Of a stretch of 64,000 nt of DNA, positions 1 to 12,513 are shown in pieces. The stretch is from NCBI GenBank assembly GCA_041648505.1, contig JBAZOY010000004.1, positions 7,619-71,618 on the forward strand, written 5' to 3'. The notes under the pieces were generated by a model. The model saw only the letters and a list, made by a program, of their open reading frames with translations. It was not told where the DNA came from and did no database searches. This stretch comes from Syntrophales bacterium (GTDB lineage: Bacteria; Desulfobacterota; Syntrophia; Syntrophales; CG2-30-49-12). The position numbers and the translations under genes were made by a program. Positions within the stretch are counted from its first letter, which is position 1. The number at the start of each line of letters is the position of its first letter.

Positions 1-1
1 T

Positions 2-2104
2 GTTAACTATAATGCCTCGAAATATCTGATTCCATGTTTCGAATCACTTCTCAAAATTGATAAGGGTGATTTTTCGCTGGAAATAATCATGGTGGATAAC
101 TTGTCCAAAGATGACTCCATACCGTTGATCAGGGAGAAATTTCCGGAAATAAAAATTATAGAGAATACCGTCAATAACTATGCGAAGGCAATAAATCTGG
201 GCATCCTTTCTTCCAGCGGAGATTATGTGTGTATCCTGAATCCGGATACCGTCGTAGAGAATAATTGGTTCATGGGTGGTCTCGAAGTTACCACCGGCCA
301 TGACAGGATCGGCGCTGTCCAAAGCAAGATACTCTTTACCGATCAAAAGACCATCAATAGTGTCGGGGTTGAAGAAGTTGAAGACCTTTACTTTCGGGAC
401 ATCGGATTTAATGAAAAAGATGTCGGGCAATATGCAGAACCAAAAGAACTAAGTTTTTTTTCAGGGGGGTCGGTTTTATTCAGGAGGGATTGCCTGGACG
501 ACGTGGGCAGTTTCGACGAAGATTTCGTGATGTACATGGAGGATGTTGACTATAGTATTAGATGTCGTGATAAAGGATGGAAAATATTTTATTCACCCCA
601 AAGCATCGTTTATCATCAATATCATGGTGTAACTTCTTCTGCATTGTGCGAATATTTTTGTTCCAGAAACAGGCTGCTTCTTTTGGGGAAACATTTTCCT
701 TTTAACTTGCCTCGCTGTATTAAAACATCCCATTTCTACCTGAAAAGCGATATGAATAATCTGTATCATTCCCTGATTCAGGCATTTAAAAAAGTGGCCG
801 AATATCACCCTGCAGAAACTATCATCAAGATTCTCGATAAAATGAAAGACATCATCCCGGGAATTCTTGGAACTAACAGAGCAAGTAATTTTTTCCGTCA
901 ACTGGAAGTGGTTTTGGGGCTGCGAAAAATAAAAATTGGGATTTATGATCATGCTTTTCATTTTGCTGGAGGGGGACAGCGTTATGTAGCAAAACTGGCG
1001 GAATCTTTTCAGGATAAGTATGATATCACATACATCACGAACAAAGATATCACCCTCGAAAAGTATAAGGAATGGTTCGATATTGATCTATCCAACTGCA
1101 AAATAAAAGTCATTAAAATACCTTTTTATGAGATCGCCGGCCGGTATTATATTGATGAAGGCATGGTGGTCAACGAAGAAAATAATCCTTTCGATATCAT
1201 CAGTCGGGAAAGTCGGTGCTACGATATATTCATCAATGCAAATATGCTTGGAAAGGTAAGTCCCTTATCTACGCTATCCATTTTTATTTGCCATTTCCCT
1301 GACAGGGAAAAAGAAAAGTTTTTCAGTGTCGATCAATACGATTACCTTGTAACAAACGGGAATTATACATCATTCTGGGTAAAACAAAGGTGGGGACTTA
1401 ATCCGACATTACTTCTGTATCCGCCTGTTGATATGTATCATGGAACAGGTGGTTTTGATAAAAAATCAAAACTCATCCTGTCCGTGGCGAGGTTCGAACC
1501 CGGTGGAAGTAAAAAACAATTGGAGATGATCAGGGCATTCAACGACCTCTGTAAAAAAGACCAACGTTTGAAACATGACTGGCGATTCATACTTGCCGGT
1601 GGCAGCACGGATGATAATCCTTATTTTAATAGGGTACGAAGGAAGGTGAATGCGATACAGGCGGACAATATTGAATTGATGCCGAATCTTACGAACTCGG
1701 AAATTTTGCGGCTGTACGGCATGGCTTCAATATTCTGGCATGCCTGTGGTCTCGATGAGAAAGATCCCCATTTAGTCGAACATTTTGGGATGACAACCGT
1801 CGAAGCGATGCAGAATTACTGCGTGCCAATCGTAATCAATGGGGGTGGCCAAAGAGAAATCGTCGAGCACGGGATAAGTGGATTCCTGTTCAATACATTG
1901 GAAGAGTTAATGGAATGGACATTAAAAATCATAGATGATGATGAATTGAGAAAAGGAGTTGCTCAAAGGGCGTATGAAGAAAGTCACAGATTCAATTCCG
2001 ACGTGTTCAAAAAAAGAGCTTTGTCTTTCTTTTCGAATATCGAGAATCGATTGATGGGTGGAGAACCTTTGGAAACAGGAGATGATTCATCGAAATTTGA
2101 TTAA
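2..2104 (+). CDS. two-domain glycosyltransferase (GT2 domain fused to GT1 domain); 5' end lies outside the window
   Basis: The frame is open from nt 2: VNYNASKYLIPCFESLL precedes the first Met of ORF 89..2104. The N-half has GT2-like IMVDNLSKDDS and MYMEDVDYS motifs. The C-half has a GT1-like EHFGMTTVEAMQNYCVPIV...GISGFL signature. Confidence 0.8.
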   Translation, partial: VNYNASKYLIPCFESLLKIDKGDFSLEIIMVDNLSKDDSIPLIREKFPEIKIIENTVNNYAKAINLGILSSSGDYVCILNPDTVVENNWFMGGLEVTTGHDRIGAVQSKILFTDQKTINSVGVEEVEDLYFRDIGFNEKDVGQYAEPKELSFFSGGSVLFRRDCLDDVGSFDEDFVMYMEDVDYSIRCRDKGWKIFYSPQSIVYHQYHGVTSSALCEYFCSRNRLLLLGKHFPFNLPRCIKTSHFYLKSDMNNLYHSLIQAFKKVAEYHPAETIIKILDKMKDIIPGILGTNRASNFFRQLEVVLGLRKIKIGIYDHAFHFAGGGQRYVAKLAESFQDKYDITYITNKDITLEKYKEWFDIDLSNCKIKVIKIPFYEIAGRYYIDEGMVVNEENNPFDIISRESRCYDIFINANMLGKVSPLSTLSIFICHFPDREKEKFFSVDQYDYLVTNGNYTSFWVKQRWGLNPTLLLYPPVDMYHGTGGFDKKSKLILSVARFEPGGSKKQLEMIRAFNDLCKKDQRLKHDWRFILAGGSTDDNPYFNRVRRKVNAIQADNIELMPNLTNSEILRLYGMASIFWHACGLDEKDPHLVEHFGMTTVEAMQNYCVPIVINGGGQREIVEHGISGFLFNTLEELMEWTLKIIDDDELRKGVAQRAYEESHRFNSDVFKKRALSFFSNIENRLMGGEPLETGDDSSKFD

Positions 2105-3362
2105 TATCAGAAAACTTATACGAAGCTGGAGGAAAATCGCACGGAAGCAATTGATGGTACATAAGCCTAACGTGAGTTCGATGATTGATCCCAAAAACCT
2201 TATCCGTGACAGACCTGTATCTACGTTTTGCCGGAAGTCTGAAGAATTCTTTCAGCGCATTAAAGACAACAGTGAACTGCACGGCAAACCCTTTGCAAAT
2301 GCACAGGCAGCGCCCAGGTTGATACTCAGGCTGGGGTTTCTCCTGTCGGGTATCAGGCTGGGGGGGGGGATGACGATCCTGGACTTCGGTGCAGGCACAT
2401 GCTGGTTATCGAAGATGTTGAATCAGATGCAGTGTGCCACAATATCCGTAGATCCGTCTATTACGGCTTTAACGATCGGGCAGAGGTTGTTCAAGGAATT
2501 TCCGATAGTCGGTGAGCCCATTTTGCCACCCCGATTTATTGTGTTCGAAGGACACCATATATCTGTGGAAGATAATTCTATAGACAGGATAGTTTGTTTC
2601 GATGCTTTTCATCATGTTCCGAATCAGAAAGAAATTCTCAAAGAATTCCATAGGGTGTTGAAACCGGGAGGTATTGCGGGATTTAGCGAACCTGGGCCTC
2701 ACCATTCCAAGGCTAATGATTCTCAAGCAGAAATGATGGCGTACGGTGTATTAGAAAACGATATCCTGCTGGAAGAAATAAAGGCACTTGCAGATGAGGT
2801 GGGATTTTCCGGTTTTTTCGTAAAACCCCATTTCGACTGTGATCCGGATCTGGATTATGAGGACTACCGTAACATCATGTCAAAACGGGAAATACCTAAG
2901 CGCCTTCAAGATAATTTCATCATGTCTATGGAAAATGATAATATATTTTTTCTGACGAAGGGCAAATTCATGTTGGACAGTAGAAACCGCCAAGGCTTGA
3001 AGCATTCACTTCATGTTAAAGGAGACAGATTAAGTGGCAAGGTTAATGAACCGTTGACCCTTCAGGCTGCTATAAAAAACACCGGAGAGGCAAAGTGGTT
3101 GGTTGATAACATAAAAAATATAGGGGTTGTATTCGTAGGAATGCATCTTTACGATAGCTCCGACAACCTTCTCGATCTGGACTTTTATAGGAAAAAAATC
3201 AGCAAAGAACTTTATCCCGGTGATGAAACATCGGAGACTCTTTCTATCATATTCCCCAATCCGGGTACATACCACCTGATCGTTGATCTTGTTTCCGAAA
3301 GGGTTTGCTGGTTTGAGCAAAATGGTTCTGTACCTCAAAGGATTCTTGTGGAAGTTATTTAA
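2058..3362 (+). CDS. class I SAM-dependent methyltransferase with a C-terminal beta-sandwich-like domain; start uncertain
   Basis: It has the SAM motif ILDFGAGTCWLS and a downstream VLKPGGIAGFSEP. The ORF overlaps the preceding gene by 47 nt, so an internal start (for example MVHKPN near 2154) is possible. Confidence 0.7.
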   Translation: MENLWKQEMIHRNLINIRKLIRSWRKIARKQLMVHKPNVSSMIDPKNLIRDRPVSTFCRKSEEFFQRIKDNSELHGKPFANAQAAPRLILRLGFLLSGIRLGGGMTILDFGAGTCWLSKMLNQMQCATISVDPSITALTIGQRLFKEFPIVGEPILPPRFIVFEGHHISVEDNSIDRIVCFDAFHHVPNQKEILKEFHRVLKPGGIAGFSEPGPHHSKANDSQAEMMAYGVLENDILLEEIKALADEVGFSGFFVKPHFDCDPDLDYEDYRNIMSKREIPKRLQDNFIMSMENDNIFFLTKGKFMLDSRNRQGLKHSLHVKGDRLSGKVNEPLTLQAAIKNTGEAKWLVDNIKNIGVVFVGMHLYDSSDNLLDLDFYRKKISKELYPGDETSETLSIIFPNPGTYHLIVDLVSERVCWFEQNGSVPQRILVEVI

Positions 3363-3561
3363 CAATTGACAAGAGAGTCCTTGGCTCGAATGCCATGAAT
3401 AAGTTTTAGACAGAAAGAGATAGCACTTTTCCCGGTTTTAAATCAAAGCTCAGCTCTCCCCGTTCATCAATGCTGGGGCACAGACTTTTCCCTTCATCAG
3501 CGTGAATTTTGATAAATCAATGTTTCGTTTCTCGTCCTGCTTTACGTCCCGATTATGGCTT

Positions 3562-5178
3562 CTACATCAGGTCGCTAAAAAAGTCATTCCCCTTGTTATC
3601 CACTAAGATAAAGGCCGGGAAGTCAACGACCTCGATCTGCCACACCGCTTCCATACCCAGTTCGGGGTAGTCGATACACTCAACTTTTTTGATGTTTTCC
3701 TCGGCAAGAATCGCGGCAGGGCCGCCGATGGATCCGAGGTAGAACCCGCCATGTTTTTTGCAGGCATCAGTGACCTGCGGTGAACGGTTTCCCTTGGCTA
3801 TCATAACCATTGAGCCACCATGTGACTGGAACAAATCGACATAGCTGTCCATGCGGCCGGCAGTGGTCGGGCCGAAGGAACCGGAAGGCTTTCCGGGAGG
3901 TGTTTTGGCAGGTCCCGCATAATAAATGGGATGTTTCTTCAGGTATTCAGGCAGTGGTCCCCCACCATCGAGGAGTTGCTTGAACTTGGCATGGGCGATA
4001 TCCCGACCGACCACGATGGTGCCTGTGAGCAGCAGGGAAGTCCCCACCGGATGTTTGGTCAATTCTGCTAAGACCTCTTGCATAGGTCGGTTCAGGTCGA
4101 GCTGTACACCATGGTCATGTTTGGCACGATATTTTTCGGGGATCAATCGTCCCGGATTTGAATCAAGCACTTCGACCCATAATCCGTCTTTGTTGATTTT
4201 AGCCTTCATATTTCGGTCAGCCGAGCAGGAGACTCCCATGCCCACAGGGCAGGAAGCGCCGTGGCGCGGTAGCCGAACAACGCGGACATCATGGGTGAAA
4301 TATTTGCCGCCAAACTGTGCGCCAATACCGAGATTTTGTGCTGCTTTCTGAAGCCGCTCTTCAAGCTCGATGTCACGGAAGGCACGGCCATGGTCATTAC
4401 CGGTAGTTGGAAGTTGGTCAAAATATTTGGCAGAGGCCAGTTTAACCGTTTTCAGGTTGGTTTCAGCACTGGTCCCCCCAATGACAAAAGCTAAATGATA
4501 GGGAGGACAGGCAGCGGTGCCGAGGGTCTTCATCTTCTCGATCAGGAAGGATTGGAGTGTCTCAGGATTCAGGAGGGCTTTCGTCTCTTGGAAGAGATAG
4601 GTTTTGTTGGCACTCCCCCCCCCCTTGGCAATGAACAGAAACTTGTACTCTGAGCCTTCCGTAGCGTAAAGATCAATCTGTGCCGGCAAGTTTGTACCGG
4701 TATTCTTTTCATTATACATGTCGAGAGCAACGGTCTGGGAGTAGCGCAGGTTCTCCTCAGTATAGGTCTTGAAAACTCCCCTGGAAAGCGCTTCAGCGTC
4801 GTTGGCTCCGGTCCAGACATTCTGACCCTTTTTACCCATGATGATTGCCGTTCCTGTATCCTGACAGATTGGCAGTTCAAATTTAGAGGCAACTTCAGCA
4901 TTTTTCAAAAAAGCAAGTGCAACCCCTTTCTCATTTACCGAGGCCTCCGGGTCATCAAGAATTTTGGCCACTTGCTCGTTATGGCCGGGGCGCAACAGGA
5001 AGGAGACATTCTGCATAGCCACATTTGCAAGAGTGGTCAGTCCTTCCGTGTCAATTTTTAGAATATCCTGATCGTTAAACCGGTCAGTACTCACAAACTT
5101 CTCAGACCCCTTGATCTTCTGGTACTTCGTCTCGTCCTTGCCCAATGGAAAGGGCTCCTGATAGTTAAAGTCAGCCAT
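3562..5178 (-). CDS. fumA: class I (Fe-S) fumarate hydratase
   Basis: It is collinear over its full length with enterobacterial FumA/FumB. Shared motifs include [45 protein letters not shown] and [17 protein letters not shown] sits 8 nt upstream of the ATG at 5178 ([10 protein letters not shown]). Confidence 0.95.
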   Translation of the reverse strand: MADFNYQEPFPLGKDETKYQKIKGSEKFVSTDRFNDQDILKIDTEGLTTLANVAMQNVSFLLRPGHNEQVAKILDDPEASVNEKGVALAFLKNAEVASKFELPICQDTGTAIIMGKKGQNVWTGANDAEALSRGVFKTYTEENLRYSQTVALDMYNEKNTGTNLPAQIDLYATEGSEYKFLFIAKGGGSANKTYLFQETKALLNPETLQSFLIEKMKTLGTAACPPYHLAFVIGGTSAETNLKTVKLASAKYFDQLPTTGNDHGRAFRDIELEERLQKAAQNLGIGAQFGGKYFTHDVRVVRLPRHGASCPVGMGVSCSADRNMKAKINKDGLWVEVLDSNPGRLIPEKYRAKHDHGVQLDLNRPMQEVLAELTKHPVGTSLLLTGTIVVGRDIAHAKFKQLLDGGGPLPEYLKKHPIYYAGPAKTPPGKPSGSFGPTTAGRMDSYVDLFQSHGGSMVMIAKGNRSPQVTDACKKHGGFYLGSIGGPAAILAEENIKKVECIDYPELGMEAVWQIEVVDFPAFILVDNKGNDFFSDLM

Positions 5179-5740
5179 GCGAATAACTCCTTCCGTCATT
5201 TTGATAGATAAATAGTGGTCATCCAGAAACGGTCCTTTCGTTCAATTTCTGTTTGTATCCTCGAAAATAAAAAGTGCCCTTCAATTTTTCGGAGGCATTA
5301 TTAAAAACAGAGACCAATTTACTGTATTCTGCTCTAAAAGTAAATGATCTCCCTGACCTCATCAAGGGGGAGAGGGCACAAGCTGCCCAGGCGCTATCGC
5401 AATACGGGCCATAAGCGCAACCAGTTCCACCTTTCCAACCTTTCCAAAATAGTCTGGGCCCAATTTTTCATTTTTATAATCAATAAATCTATCCCCTTTA
5501 CTTCCTTTACTTCCATAAATTCACCGGAACTCAACCATGTCGGGCACATCTGAGATGATTTACGGAAAAAGGCATTTCACAATCTGGTCTTCAATAGTCT
5601 TGATGCCCTCGAAGATCACCTCGGAGAATATCATGCCACCATAATGTACGATGAGCACGGGATTATCGCAAATAGAAAAGGCGCTCCTGCACCATTCTGA
5701 TGTACGGGAACGCCTCTCATTCATTTCTCAGCAGAAGCGA

Positions 5741-5941
5741 TTAGATAGACCTGACGTTTACTGCCGATGGGCCTTTTTGACCCTGCTCAATATCGAAGCT
5801 GACGCTCTGGCCTTCTTGCAGCGTCTTGAAGCCGCTGGCCTGAATGGCACTGAAATGTACGAACACATCACCGCCATCAGACTTTTCGATGAAGCCGAAG
5901 CCTTTGCCTTCGTTGAACCACTTTACTTTACCTTCTGACAT
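5741..5941 (-). CDS. csp: cold-shock protein, CspA family
   Basis: This 66-aa protein has the [12 protein letters not shown] (RNP1) and VFVHFSAI (RNP2) motifs. Confidence 0.95.
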   Translation of the reverse strand: MSEGKVKWFNEGKGFGFIEKSDGGDVFVHFSAIQASGFKTLQEGQSVSFDIEQGQKGPSAVNVRSI

Positions 5942-6617
5942 CGTTTGTATCCTCCTTTCTTAAATTTTTTCTACAGTCGGATCAACACGATGACAGAAAT
6001 GAAAAAAAGCCACCCAGACTAAAGAGCTTGGTGGCCATCCTTTGCACTTCAAAATGTCTTTATCCAACGTTTTACCGTACCCTCTTGACCAACAACCGCA
6101 AATCGGAAGGGTACAAACTCTAATATAGAACTTATGCCCGTTCTGGTGAAAAGTCAATGATTATCTATATTTATTTTCTGCATTTGATAAGATATTGCTT
6201 ATTGGCGGTTGAATTAGGGAAAGTTTTTTTATTTGTCAATATTATTCTTCCACAATATTGTGTCTGTGATTGGTAGTATTAAATAACGCTATTTAGAAAA
6301 GGGATTCACGGCTCTGTCGATCGTCGCATACTATGAAGATATTTGATGTGTGTCGCGTCGCAAACGTCCTATCTGAGTTATTTTCAAACAGACCTTACTA
6401 TACGCTTCGTGTTAATGATTGGTTATGCCTGTATGTATTAATCTCAGGAATAGCATGCGCCACTTGCAAGAACGAGAAATATGCTGTTAAGCATTACCAT
6501 ATTTCATAAGGCATTCAATAGGCTGCCCCACAAACCTGCCTTACATATTTGTATTGGAAATGGGTGATTTAGATTGATTGAATAATAAAACGTAATTGTC
6601 ATCGATTTATCTAATCC

Positions 6618-7514
6618 TTACAATGCCCGCATCCATTCCGATCGGAGAGCCACAGCCCCCTTCAGTGCAGCGTCAATTAAATCCAAGGCCTTCTTTTTCC
6701 CACTTGGCAGCTTTGCTTTTATCGGAAGGTAATTTGAGGCGTGGTTAGAAAAGAAATATCCTCTGGTCAAATTTGTATAGGTGATCATTTCGCGTAGCTC
6801 ACTGAGCATTCCCCTTTCGTCAGGCAATACAAATTTACCCTGCACGTAGTCTTCATAAAGAAGTGTACCCGGTATAAGCATCACCGTCAATGCACCTATA
6901 AAATCAGGGCCCATCGCGCTCAAAAGCTTACCTGTTGCCCGTGCATGCTGCAAAGATTTCTCGCTGCCACCTATGCCTAAGAGAACCGTAACTGAAAGTT
7001 GGATACCTGCCTCCTTTACCCGGCGCCCCATTTCTATGCACACTTCTGCCTTTGAACCTTTATGAATGGCTTCCCTTATATCATCAGCACCGGTTTCGAC
7101 ACCATAATATAAAATCCCAAGATTTTTTTCTCGCAATTCTTTCAGTTCATCAGGTGATTTCAATTTGATGCTCTTGACGTTTGCATAGGCGCCAACCCTT
7201 TTCACCCAGGGAAGTTGCTCTTTGATCCGCTCCAGAATCCATATCAGCCTTTTTTGAGGTACTATCAGGGCATCACCATCCATCAAGAAAACGCGATCCT
7301 CCCCCTTGAGATATTTAGCAGCAAAAAGGATATCACTTAAGATCATCGATTCATCTTTTATTCGGAAAAGCTTCTTTCGATAAGCGCCGCAAAAAGTACA
7401 TTTGTTATGGGAACAACCCACTGTCACCTGTAGAAGGATACTATCGGCTTCACTGGGGGGTCTTATGCAATATCCCTCATAATGCATGCCTTCCTCTTCA
7501 GAAACAAAAGCCAC
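6618..7514 (-). CDS. radical SAM domain protein of unknown specificity
   Basis: The CxxxCxxC cluster motif is present as GCSHNKCTFCGAY, and the length fits a TIM-barrel-like fold. No partner genes are nearby. Confidence 0.7.
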   Translation of the reverse strand: MAFVSEEEGMHYEGYCIRPPSEADSILLQVTVGCSHNKCTFCGAYRKKLFRIKDESMILSDILFAAKYLKGEDRVFLMDGDALIVPQKRLIWILERIKEQLPWVKRVGAYANVKSIKLKSPDELKELREKNLGILYYGVETGADDIREAIHKGSKAEVCIEMGRRVKEAGIQLSVTVLLGIGGSEKSLQHARATGKLLSAMGPDFIGALTVMLIPGTLLYEDYVQGKFVLPDERGMLSELREMITYTNLTRGYFFSNHASNYLPIKAKLPSGKKKALDLIDAALKGAVALRSEWMRAL

Positions 7515-7673
7515 TATTTACCTCCCTTTTAACCATTCCGATTGAACTGACCATATGATCTATCGTCTCTCGCCACAAAGAATATTAAAATGTTCCGCCT
7601 ATTTCTTTAGTTTTATACAATGCCCTGCAAAATTCATCAACATCACATAATATAAAAATCAATTTTAACATTT

Positions 7674-7994
7674 ATGGCTGGCCTATGCTTTTATTGTTTG
7701 TTCCATTTCTATACCCTCCATAAACGAAAAAAAAATCATGGAATTGCTTTTGCTTTTAATAAGCGCCCAGCCCTTACGGGTAAAGGATTCCATGACCAAA
7801 TAAAGTCAAACTATTTTTTACCAGACAAATATTTCGCGGTCAGGCACTCTCTGGGGTGTCAATTATTAGATGAGAAACACGATCTTTCCTTTGTTCAGGA
7901 AGTTCTCGGGCATACCCGGCAGGATATGACAAGACGGTACGCGAAAAGGACACCTCACAAGGTCGCTGAGACCCTTCCGCGAGACAAAACATAG
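7674..7994 (+). pseudogene. C-terminal stub of a tyrosine recombinase (phage-type integrase) facing the 3' end of ssrA
   Basis: Only the last catalytic segment is present: FAVRHSLGCQLL...VQEVLGHTRQDMTRRYAK, with the RH, LGH and catalytic Tyr motifs. There is no N-terminal or core-binding region and no credible start. Confidence 0.65.
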
Positions 7995-8058
7995 CAAACT
8001 TTAGGTCGGGTGCAGGTCGAAATGTGATCTAAAAGGTTAATTATTTCAAGTATTTTAG

Positions 8059-8412
8059 TGGAGGCGGCGGGAGTCGAACCCGCGTCCGAAAATATTCCAC
8101 TGCAGCTTCTACGTACGTATCCTTTGATTTAAATTCGCATCGAAAAACTCCCAAAGGCAGGATTGATCAGATGCTATCCTGTTTCGAGTATCGCCTTTCT
8201 CCCGCCAGGAAAGAGAGAAACGCTATCCTGTCTTAATGACATCCTTGTGCTGACCCGACAGGCGGGGCCAGAAGGATGTTAGCCGCTCTAAGCGGCTAAA
8301 GCGTAATCGTAGTTATCTGCGATTATATGTTTCCTACCTGTTTAACGAGGCCTGTAGGAACCTCGGTACGCTTCTACAGCTTCACTATCCCCGTCGAAAC
8401 CGTATCGCCCCC
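8059..8412 (-). ncRNA. ssrA: transfer-messenger RNA (tmRNA)
   Basis: On the minus strand the 5' end reads GGGGGCGATACGGTTTCGACGGGG and the 3' end reads GGACGCGGGTTCGACTCCCGCCGCCTCCA. The tag reading frame at 8288..8320 (GCA GAT AAC TAC GAT TAC GCT TTA GCC GCT TAG) encodes ADNYDYALAA. The gene is adjacent to smpB. Confidence 0.95.
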
Positions 8413-8458
8413 ATTAGCAATGGAAAGTGGGGTTATATTAAAGAACATTTCTCCTACT

Positions 8459-8486
8459 AGTATAAGCATTTCTCTGGTCAAGTCAA
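8459..8486 (-). promoter_or_regulatory. candidate sigma-70 promoter for ssrA
   Basis: The minus strand reads TTGACT, a 16-nt spacer, then TATACT. This lies about 45 nt upstream of the mature tmRNA 5' end. Confidence 0.4.
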
Positions 8487-8517
8487 GCTGAACGATGCAG
8501 CTTAATCATGGTTACCG

Positions 8518-8988
8518 CTAAAGATTGACCTTTCTGAACTTGTCTTCCAAATCACGTCGGTGCTGCTTTATCTTCAGGTCTTCTCTTTTATCATACAGCT
8601 TTTTCCCTCTGCCTATGCCAATTTGTACTTTTACCTTTCCATTCTTGAAATAAAGTTTTAAAGGAATCAACGCCAGTCCTCTTTCCCTTGACTTACCGTA
8701 AAGTTTCTTTATTTCTCTATTGTGGAGTAACAGTTTACGTACCCTTAATGGATCGTGATTGGACCGGTTGCCATGGGAATAAGGACCTATGTGCATATCG
8801 TGAAGATACACCTCGTCGTTCTTTACAAGGGCATAGCTATCCTTCAGGTTTGCCTTTCCCTCGCGTATGGATTTTACTTCGGTACCCAGAAGGACAATCC
8901 CCGCTTCGTAGGTATCATCTATCGAGTAGTTACGTCTTGCCGTCTTATTCTGGCAGATGATCTTTTCCGATTTCGTGTCCTTTACCAT
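8518..8988 (-). CDS. smpB: SsrA-binding protein
   Basis: This 156-aa protein has [19 protein letters not shown] and [10 protein letters not shown] motifs typical of SmpB. It sits next to ssrA. Confidence 0.95.
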   Translation of the reverse strand: MVKDTKSEKIICQNKTARRNYSIDDTYEAGIVLLGTEVKSIREGKANLKDSYALVKNDEVYLHDMHIGPYSHGNRSNHDPLRVRKLLLHNREIKKLYGKSRERGLALIPLKLYFKNGKVKVQIGIGRGKKLYDKREDLKIKQHRRDLEDKFRKVNL

Positions 8989-9047
8989 ACTTTTGTCGTT
9001 TCCTGACCCTCTGTTTTAAATCGCTGTGATTATGGATAACTTACCGA

Positions 9048-9824
9048 TTAATTCCGGTTTTTATACATTTCTAATACCTTGGCTTTTGCAGGAAGATAAT
9101 CCATCTTGACATGCCCCATCGCCTTGAAGAGATTGTCACGGATATCTTTATTGTCTTTTTCCAACTCATGAAGAAGATTCTTGATATATATCCGGCGGGA
9201 GGTTTTACTTGTAGGACAAAGATTTTCAATTGCCGGAAATCCCTGTTCTTTTCCGTATTTTTTTACCAGTTCCTCCCTGATATAGGCAAGGGGACGAATA
9301 ATATGCAACTGCCCTCCGAATATTGACTGCTTTGGCATCATGGTGCTTATTTCTCTGGCATAGAACATGTTGATGAGGAGCGTTTCAATGATGTCATCCC
9401 GATGATGAGCGAAGGCAACCTTATTACAGCCTGTCTCAGCAGCGATCTCAAAGATACGCTTTCTTCTCAGTCTCGAACAGAGAAAACATGGATTCTTCTT
9501 GTTATAATCGCTGTGGGCAAGAGGACCGATGTCGGTCTTTTCCATAACATACCGGTAACCTTTTCCCTGGAGATATTTTTTCAGAGTGTCGTAACCTCTA
9601 TAATCGGTGTCGAATCCCATATCCACATTTACCGCCACTAGAGAAAATTGCGGGACGTATATCATCGGGGAATTAAGAAGATCAAGAAGCACCAGGCTGT
9701 CGATTCCGCCCGAAACCCCGACGAGGACCCTGTCCCCCTTCTCTATCATATTGTAGTCCATGACTGTATTTTCCAGCCATTTTTTTAGATGGAGGAAAAG
9801 TTTTGTTCTTTTTTTTTCTGTCAC
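9048..9824 (-). CDS. ttcA: tRNA 2-thiocytidine biosynthesis protein TtcA-like (PP-loop ATPase)
   Basis: It has the PP-loop GVSGGIDS plus NPCFLCSRLRR and a CPTSK cysteine motif. The 258-aa length fits TtcA. Confidence 0.75.
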   Translation of the reverse strand: MTEKKRTKLFLHLKKWLENTVMDYNMIEKGDRVLVGVSGGIDSLVLLDLLNSPMIYVPQFSLVAVNVDMGFDTDYRGYDTLKKYLQGKGYRYVMEKTDIGPLAHSDYNKKNPCFLCSRLRRKRIFEIAAETGCNKVAFAHHRDDIIETLLINMFYAREISTMMPKQSIFGGQLHIIRPLAYIREELVKKYGKEQGFPAIENLCPTSKTSRRIYIKNLLHELEKDNKDIRDNLFKAMGHVKMDYLPAKAKVLEMYKNRN

Positions 9825-10040
9825 ACCCGGTCCATTTTCCTTATAATTTCTATAAAAACAGATTACACAAATTTTGCAGACATATCAAGGTGCTTTGGTG
9901 TCTCGTGGCATTGCCGGGGACTTGAAAAGCCTTATTTTTTAGTATATGCTTTTAATCCAGGTCAGCAAAGCTGGACAAGGAAAAAATAAATGATAATGTA
10001 CCTGTTAACCGAAGAGTAGTTGTGAATAAAAATGAACTAA

Positions 10041-12513
<2,473 letters not shown>

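Noticed and set aside
5651-5938. Plus-strand ORF of 95 aa
   Set aside because: It is antisense to the highly conserved csp gene, so it is a shadow ORF.
6160-6617. AT-rich, ORF-free 450-nt interval upstream of csp, considered as a possible sRNA or CRISPR leader
   Set aside because: No repeats, terminator or conserved RNA motif is visible. A long 5' UTR and promoter region is normal for cold-shock genes.
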